A stretch of DNA of 63,161 nucleotides, filler included, from Welwitschia mirabilis (taxonomy: Eukaryota): the NCBI GenBank assembly GCA_051453625.1. It is 6 parts of one record of this genome, joined end to end, with 100 filler letters (N's around TTAATTAATTAA, not from the genome) between each part and the next. Parts side by side here need not be neighbours in the genome. Positions count along the whole stretch, not along the records: positions 28,380 to 57,279 come from JBOZIK010000001.1; positions 57,380 to 60,230 come from JBOZIK010000001.1; positions 60,331 to 61,664 come from JBOZIK010000001.1; positions 61,765 to 63,161 come from JBOZIK010000001.1; 2 more parts are not named here. The stretch is one strand, 5' to 3'. Positions within the stretch are counted from its first letter, which is position 1; each line of letters starts with the position of its first letter. Of the stretch, positions 55,391-63,161 are shown piece after piece. The notes beneath the pieces are model-generated. The model did no database searches, had not been told where the DNA came from, and saw only the letters and a list, made by a program, of their open reading frames with translations. The position numbers and the translations under genes are program-made.

Positions 55391-58300
55391 TTCCTTGATT
55401 CTTTGATACCTTTTAACATTTTTTCACTATTTTTTATTAAGTTTAACTAGGTTTGAAAAAATTTGAGATCACTTTGATAGTTTTGATTCAGTTAAATTTG
55501 ATGCCCTCCTTTTAACGCAAAATTTGTTACGACTAGATTTCACAATATCAGATTGATTTTTCCTTTTTGAAATGAAATGCAAATTAAAAACAATAATTCA
55601 TCTATTTCATGAAATGGTTAGGACTTGATAACTATTATATTTAGAAAGACAAAATCATAAGATGTGGTAAATCTAAATAGGCTTGAATAATTTTCTCCTT
55701 TCTTTCCCTCCTTTTTTGATAAAAGTAACAATTAGTATGTAGAGATGCTAGATAGAATTAATACAATAAATAATTAATAAAAAAACTTTCTTTCCTTTTT
55801 TTTCTAATAAAATGATACTGAATCCTAATATTTCTTAAAGTCCTAGTATCTAATAAATCAAAAACTCTAGAAATTTAATATTTTGAAGATAATTACTAAT
55901 ATTTTTTAAATGTTTTTTAAGTTGAATAATAAAGGAAGTATCTAAACAGTGTCTTGAAAATTACTGTTTATGACATGGATTTATCCAAAATTCAAACTAG
56001 CTATATAAAGATATCCCTTAGGATGAAATTTCAAATTTCTTTAATACTTTTTGATTAATGAGATCGCAAAAAATGATTTTAATGCATCAAATTATGTTTT
56101 TGAATTATTTTTAAATTAAAAAATGAAAATAAGAAAGAATTCTTATGATAGGAATGTAGACAAGATGGCCATCTCATATTAAGGACAAATTTCATTCAAA
56201 GATGATTAAAAAAAATACTAAGTGATTGGACTAAGGAAAAAATGAAAAAAAACAAAGAAGAAATTGTAGGTAGAATGTAATTTATTTAATAATTCAATGT
56301 AAATTAAGATTCTTGCCGGTTTTAGCTATTAATAAATATCTACCAATATTTTCACCTTTAGATTGAATTTCTATGTCTTTGATAATGATGTCTTATACTA
56401 ATTTGTCCTTCATAATTAAATACAGATCCTCCTCATTCTTATATCTTTCTTACCCTTCTGATGTCTAAGGTGATTGGCCATTATCTATAGAATGGCATTC
56501 ATCATTTCCACTATCCTTTGATCATACTTTTTGACTACTCTATGATGCAATCTTCTTCGTATCTAATTTTCATATCAATGGTTTAAATGGTAATGGGCTA
56601 AATTCTATAAATATTGTGGAAGGAAAGACATCTTTGACCTCTCTTTCTATTTTTCCTTCATCTGTTGTGTTTTGCTTATTTGTGAATCATTGATGAAGGC
56701 CCTTGTTCCTTTGATTACTCCTCTCTCCCCTTGACATCGTCTGTGTTCCTTTTGTTTTCTTCTTTTTTCTTTAAAACATCCCTATTTTTCGTATCCTGCA
56801 TGCCTACTTCTCTGTTGATGATGTCGCTGGCCTTTTTTATATGTATGCTGCCCTCTCTGTCATCTTTATTTTATTATATGCCCTATGATATGGCTTCTCC
56901 TTGTTTTTTCATATACTTCCCATCATTCTCTTTTTTTGAGATGCCTTGTTTAAATTCCCCTATTAACAAATGACATAGATGCCCTCCTTTTGATGTGGGA
57001 TGAATGAAAAGAAGCCCCATATCAAAACAACATTTAAACACATGTCCAAATTACTTTCATTTTCTTTTTTACTCCTTTTTTTCAAATATAATTTTTTTCC
57101 TTTCAAATTTTACAATGATAAAGTGAATGTATTAGAGACAGGGGCTACTGAATGTGAAAATTACAAATACATAATGTAAAATAAAATTATGACTATAAGG
57201 TAAATGTAGAATTAGGGAGGGATTATCATCGACATCTGCACTTACCAATTGTAAAAGTGGGAAGTGACAAATTAGGATANNNNNNNNNNNNNNNNNNNNN
57301 NNNNNNNNNNNNNNNNNNNNNNNTTAATTAATTAANNNNNNNNNNNNNNNNNNNNNNNNNNNNNNNNNNNNNNNNNNNNGCATTTTGGCCTGTGTGTTGT
57401 GGCTTGAGCGAGAGGACTTGCTTGTGTTCCTTGTGACTGCTTAATTTGCAGTTGATCTAACATAGCCCTGTGTTGGTTCATGAGGTAACATAAAAATAGC
57501 CCGAACCTTGTTAAATTGTTTGTGTGCTTGTTTATTTCCTTGTCTGCTTTCTTAGCCTGTTTCTATCGTAGTCCACAAGAAAGGAATGTTGATGACATGT
57601 GGTAGGTGTAAGAGTGAGGATTTCTATTCCTTACAAGGACAAACCTTGCCTAGTGTTTTAGGAGAAGGATGAGATGAGGGTTTTGGTTAAGCATGATTTT
57701 AGGACTTATAACAATGGGAGAAGGAGGAGTGTTGTGACTTTATGGATGCATAATGCAAAAATATTAGGAATTATTGCTGAAAAATAGAACTTATATAGCT
57801 TTGAAGAAATTTGCAAAAATGATAAAATTTTACTTTAGTGGAAAATAATAACGACTTCTTTTATTAACAAATGAATAGTGCAACAAGCTCAGACATGCCC
57901 AAAAAATGTACAAATGATTGGAGAATGGTTGATCGTTTGGATTTTAGGGTCCTTGGATGGATGGATATGATGAGGGTTAGGGTTCTAAGTAAGTTTGCAG
58001 CTCGGATATGCTCTAAACAAGGATGGTTGAGGTCTAGGATGAGAGGTGGTTAGCCAAATGTCGTTATATTCTAAGATGAGGGTTTAGTAGAATATTTATG
58101 ATGAATTTTAGGGTTTTTAACTGGTCAACCACATGTCAAAAGGTGGTAGGCTACTCTAATTAGGGTTTTTATGACATTTAAATGCCCAATCCTAAGTTAT
58201 GCCTTGTCATCTCTGCTTGGGGCATTTGCATGTCCCAAGGTTGGAAAATGGTTAAGTTTCACGATTTTGATGATTTTACATTGAAACATAGGCTTTTTAA

Positions 58301-58778
58301 GATTGGATGGAATATGAGACAAGTGTGAAAAGTGGCTGTGGTTACCAAAGCAAAACTTTTGATGTCACATCCTTAGATACCTCAAAATTAATGTACAACA
58401 GGGACAAATTGGCTCTTGCTTGCAGGTGAGGCCTAGTCTGTCTATTTTGATTTATTAAACTAATTCCATAGGCACATAGGGAAAGACACGCCTTAAGGTA
58501 GATGGATGATGGTAGGCTTTGAAGTGCATTCAGTGTAGCTTGTAGGTGCAAAGAAGGGCAAGTGATAGAAGACAATGGAAGGATTGCTGTAAATGTGGAG
58601 AGAGATAAGGATCATAGAACTCAATGCAGAACCATAGGTGCAGGGAGACATAGTTATCCAAGAATAGACATAGCCTGGGGGCATAGTGAGGGTAATCTTT
58701 TTCCTTGTATCTTCTTTACAAGAACAAACTTGAGGCATAAGGACATGTGGATGTGTTAGAACATGTTTTGACATTGCA

Positions 58779-59757
58779 TGAGCGAGGGAGGGAGGCAGGG
58801 AGGGAGGGAGTGAGTGAGTGAGTGGGGAGGGAGCGAGTGAATGAGTGAGTGGGGAGTGAGTGAGTGAGTGAGTGAGCGAGTGGGGAGGGAGCAAGTGAGC
58901 GAGTGAGCGAGTAAGTGAGTGGGGAGTGAGTGAGTGAGTGGGCGGGTGAGCGAATGAGTGAGCGAGTGAGTGCGTGAGTGAGTTGGGGGGGGNNNNNNNN
59001 NNNNNNNNNNNNNNNNNNNNNNNNNNNNNNNNNNNNNNNNNNNNNNNNNNNNNNNNNNNNNNNNNNNNNNNNNNNNNNNNNNNNNNNNNNNNTGCGTGAG
59101 TGAGTTGGGGGGGGGGAAGTGAGTGAGTGAGTGAGTGGCGAGCGAGCGAGCGAGTGAGTGAGTGGGGAGGGAGGGAGCGCGGGCGGGAGTGAGGGAGCGA
59201 GCGAGAGTGAGTGAGTGAGAGCGAGGGAGCGAGCGAGTGAGCGAGAGAGTGAGGGAGCGAGTGAGAGTGAGAGTGAGCGAGAGAGGGAGTGAGTGAGTGA
59301 AAAGCAATAGGTAGGGATGATCCAACGGTAGTGAGAGAGGGAGTGAGTGAGTGAAAAGCAATAGATAGGGATGATCCGACAGTTGCGAGTGAGCGAGCAA
59401 GTGAGCGAGTGAGGGAGTGAGTGATTGAAAAGCAATAGATAGGGATGATCCGACGGTGTCGAGTGGAAGGGCCGTCGCTTAACGAATAAAAGTTATTCTA
59501 CGCGCGAGCGAGTGAGCGAGTAAAAAGCAATAGATAGGGATAATCCGACGGTGCAAAGTGGAAGGGCCGTCGCTCAACGGATAAAAGTTACTTTACGAGT
59601 GAGTGAGTGAGCGAGCGAGTGAGCGAGTGAAGCGAGCGAGCGAGAGTGAGTGAGCGAGAGTGAGTGAGTGAGTGAGTGCGAGCGAGCTTGTGAGGGAGGG
59701 AGTGAGTTGAGTGAGTGAGCGAACGAGTGAGGAAGGGAGCAAGCAAGTGAGTGAGGA
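58779..59757 (+). repeat. Degenerate (GAGT/GAGC/GAGG)n tetranucleotide block with embedded 30-bp and ~33-bp repeats
   Basis: Low-complexity GA-rich array. AAAAGCAATAGATAGGGATGATCCGACGGT-like copies at 59300, 59354, 59428 and 59523. GTGGAAGGGCCGTCGCTYAACGRATAAAAGTTA at ~59463 and ~59558. Confidence 0.9.
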
Positions 59758-59880
59758 CTTGAATTCAACCTCTCTGGAAGAGGTGGGTGGGAAGAGGTGT
59801 TGAAGTCTCTTAACAGATGTTGGGGACGGCCTGAATATTCAAGACCAAGGCTAGGAAAGGGCTTGAAAGTGCAGCTTGAT

Positions 59881-59955
59881 GTTGGGAAGCCTTTTTGCCT
59901 AATTAAAGGTTGGGTTGGGAAGCCTTTTTGCCTAATTAAAGGTTGGGAAGCCTTT
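59881..59955 (+). repeat. Short tandem duplication (gggaagcctttttgcctaattaaaggttgg x2 plus a partial copy)
   Basis: Directly visible. Confidence 0.85.
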
Positions 59956-60330
59956 TGTATGTTATAAATTTCAAGCCTTTAGGGGTGAACTATTTTGAAA
60001 TTTGAGACAAATCATGAAATTTTCATTGGATCACTAGAGATCTTAAAGTCTTCGAGTGAGATTTTGAATCCCTAATATTTTAACACTGAGCATTTTTCAA
60101 TTCGTTTCCCCTCATTTCGATTAATTTTAGATGATCTTTTGAATACCTTAGCCAACAACTGAAGATTCCTATTAATGTTTGTCTTTGCATTGGTTTTTAA
60201 AACATTGAGCTTAACCTTGAGAGCTCTTAANNNNNNNNNNNNNNNNNNNNNNNNNNNNNNNNNNNNNNNNNNNNTTAATTAATTAANNNNNNNNNNNNNN
60301 NNNNNNNNNNNNNNNNNNNNNNNNNNNNNN

Positions 60331-61664
60331 CAAGTTGTAAAATTAAACGCTTGGTGACAGCTAATGGAGGTGAATACACCTCTTGTGACTTTGAGATGTT
60401 TTGCATAGATAATGAAATTATCCACACAAAGACACCTCCATAGACACCTCAGAATAATGGAGTGGCTGAAAGATATAATAGAGCTATTTTAGAAAGGTTG
60501 TGTTCATTGTTGCGGCAATCTGAAGTTCCAAAACGTCTTTGGGCTAAAGTAGCCAACACAGTTGCATATCTTATAAACAAGTTACCACATTCAGCACTTC
60601 AAGAAGGGATATCAGAGTCCGCGTGGAGTGGGAGGAAACTATCTTTCGCTCACTTGAAGGTGTTTGGCTGTGAAGGATATGTGCATTAGCAGAACACAGT
60701 AAAACTGGATAGATGCGCATGCACGTGCATTTTTCTAGGTTATAGAGGAGATAATCTTAGTTAAGAAGGTGATCAGATTACGTGATGTGGTCTTTTGTGA
60801 ACAAGAAATATTTTACAAGTCACTGGAACAGAACCAAAAGGAGAGAGTTCCTGACTCTAGCACTTTGCAAAAGACTTTTAAAATTCCAGATCTTGATGAA
60901 GACTGTAAAGGGAGTAATCCTCCTGATGATGAGGATGATAGAGATGAAAACAATCCACTTGAACTATAGCAACCTAACCTTTCAGAAAGTGAAGATGAAG
61001 TAAAGCCTCATACTCTTGCACATTGGGTACAAAGGTCTACTCGTCCCAATAGAGCACCTGTTAGATATTCTTTGTCGTTGCATTATATTTTGTACACACG
61101 TAAAGGAGAATCTGAGGCATATCAGGAAGTTGTTTCTTCACCTAACTCAAAGAAGTGAAATGTTGCAATGAAAGAAGAGTTTAATGCTTTAAGGTATAAT
61201 GATACATGAAATGTGGTTCCTTTGCCAGCTGGGAAACGTGCCTTATCCAACAGATGGGCTTTCAGGATAAAGGAAGAGGCAAATGGAAAAGAACGTTATA
61301 AGGCAAGATTAGTTGTAAAAGGTTTTGGGCAGAAACCAGACATTGATTTTACCGAAATTTTTTCTCTAGTGGGAAAGCATTCTTCTATTTCTGTTATCTT
61401 ATCCATTGTTGTTGTCTTGAATTTGGAATTAAAGTAGTTGGATATTAAGACTGCTTTTCTGCATGGTATCTTGCAGAAGAATGAAGAAGAAATTTATATG
61501 AAATTGCCTGAAGGTTTTGGAACCAAGGAGAAGGACTTGGTTTGTAGGTTGAACAGAAGTTTGTATGGTCTGAAACATGCACCGAGGCAATGGTATAAGA
61601 AATTTGACAGCTTCATGCAAGAAGAGATATATAATATCTGGCTTCACATATCAACACTCTCCCA
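60331..61664 (+). pseudogene. Ty1/copia pol fragment (integrase core + RT), comparatively well preserved, on a gap-bounded contig
   Basis: [95 protein letters not shown]; scattered premature stops. Confidence 0.95.
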
Positions 61665-61798
61665 NNNNNNNNNNNNNNNNNNNNNNNNNNNNNNNNNNNN
61701 NNNNNNNNTTAATTAATTAANNNNNNNNNNNNNNNNNNNNNNNNNNNNNNNNNNNNNNNNNNNNGTTAATGACAATTCTCCATTTTCTTGCGGCCTTA

Positions 61799-61814
61799 CC
61801 CGATAATGGCACTA
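61799..61814 (-). promoter_or_regulatory. Primer-binding site (tRNA-Asp type, decayed)
   Basis: Lies 3 nt from the LTR end; all differences from TGGCGCCGTTGCCGGG are C>T or G>A. Confidence 0.7.
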
Positions 61815-61817
61815 AAA

Positions 61818-62879
61818 TGTTGTAGTGTGAATTTATGCAATTCTGAAGTTCTTTAGATAAGCCTGTAGATAAAATAACTTGTAGAAAAACACACACTAGT
61901 ATAGATGGGAGTTCACCCGAATGTCATAATCCCAATGAAGGCACTAGCCTAAGAGTTAGAGAATTGATTCCCAAGATATTTTTTATCTTTTTATCATATG
62001 GAATGTAATGAGGAATGGAAATGGAATAATAATGAAAATGTAAACTAACCAAAGTCAACCTTGATAAAGGTTGCCCTTATGATCTAGATAAGTCACAGAA
62101 TTGTCACTTTAAATTATGACCGGTGTAAACCATAAGGGACATAAACAAAATTGAAATTAAAAGAGTAATTGTATTGATTCAAAGAGTAATTAGATTAATT
62201 CAAGAGCTTTACATCCACTTACAATGAAATAGCAGCACCTAAGTTAAAGAAACTCACCATAACACCAAGGAAACTCCTTTTTGTAACTACTAGATGGATC
62301 TCTTATCCTTCAATCTTCCGTCACAAGCATATCAAGTACAAAAGATGGAAATAGAAATGAAGGAGGCAAAGGGTATTTATAATTTTACATTGAGGTTCTA
62401 GAAACTCAACCCTAAAAGTGAGAAAAGAAACCCTAATAGCCAAATGGGTCACTTAACCCCATTATAAAGATAGTCCTTTTCATCCATAGAAAAATAGTTA
62501 TCGTCTTGGGATGACAAAGGAGATGACACCCTATGTCAAAAGGTACTTTATCAGCTTTATGCCCCACTTTTAGCTCCGCAGCTTTTGTCCATGTCAGCAG
62601 TGCTATCATCTTGCCTGTCATGGGGACGACAGAGGGGACAATAGGCTACCTTATCTTGAATCTTAAAGGTAAATTAGTCTTTTGCATGATGAATCCTTTT
62701 TCTAAGTATGCAATATCATAATAAGCTTGAGAAACCTTCATACATGCTAAGAATTACATGTTTCATTAATCATCCTATCAGATCTTCATAATCATCAGTA
62801 TTCCATCCAAACATGTGTAAATGTCCTGCAAAAGCACTCAAAATAGACCATTAAATTCCTATAAATTAGTATTGCAACA
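61818..62879 (-). mobile_element. Athila-family 5' LTR (1062 bp) followed by a tRNA-Asp-type PBS
   Basis: TGTTG...CAACA termini. Minus-strand start matches 28067-28279, and the end ttgcataaattcacactacaaca matches 33960-33982. It is followed by TTT-TAGTGCCATTATCGGG, a deaminated form of the Athila PBS TGGCGCCGTTGCCGGG. Confidence 0.85.
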
Positions 62880-63161
62880 CCCTTACATAGTCATTACATT
62901 TTAACTGTATCTTCCTGTATTTGTTGTTATGTATTAAGTTAATAAATAGAGATCTCTTCCTCAATTCCTGCTTGCCTTTGTTTGCACCTGAAATTCTTGT
63001 GACAGGTAATCAAAGGGCCAGAAATCCATCCTTATAATTACAGAGAGATATTTCCTTGGTGTTGGGCAGCAATTCTTTCATTGAGGTGTAACTACTTTGT
63101 AACACGGATGTGGTTTGATTAATATAAAAACATTTCCTTTTATACTTTTAGTGTATGATTG

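Noticed and set aside
52390-57279. Possible Athila LTR and Ogre/Tat-like remnants (gatgccctcctttt at ~55500 and ~56978; PPT-like gagacaggggctactg at ~57135)
   Set aside because: Suggestive only; no clear protein motif or paired termini found by eye.
58493-59768. Long His/Ser/Leu/Thr-rich ORFs
   Set aside because: Translations of the (ACTC)n microsatellite strand spanning an N gap; no sign of a real protein.

Overview
Very AT-rich, CpG-poor eukaryotic DNA, almost certainly land plant and probably angiosperm given the retrotransposon lineages present. It comes from a gapped draft assembly. I find no intact host gene; nearly all ORF-track hits are fragments of decayed retroelements or noise. 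The window is a nested retrotransposon graveyard. (1) A composite of a Ty1/copia internal region joined to an Athila-type Ty3/gypsy RT-RH-INT occurs twice (about 1.76-8.7 kb and 13.4-20.3 kb). The second copy carries an Athila LTR with a perfect GTTCT target-site duplication. (2) A minus-strand, gag-only Tekay/Del-like element has ~3.5-kb LTRs whose ends carry a ~55-bp tandem array of tRNA-Met primer-binding-site/LTR-end units. This is the most unusual structure seen. (3) Also present are a gag-protease-only Athila derivative, an old minus-strand copia, a 2-kb Reina-like gag+chromodomain derivative, an internally deleted Athila, a younger copia fragment and another Athila LTR with a tRNA-Asp PBS. 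(4) There are two tRNA-derived SINE-like insertions, one with a 12-bp TSD and a C-rich tail. (5) A CpG-rich (GAGT/GAGC)n block contains embedded 30-bp repeats. TTAATTAATTAA inside N gaps is an assembly linker. Boundaries of decayed elements are approximate, and identities are estimates by eye.
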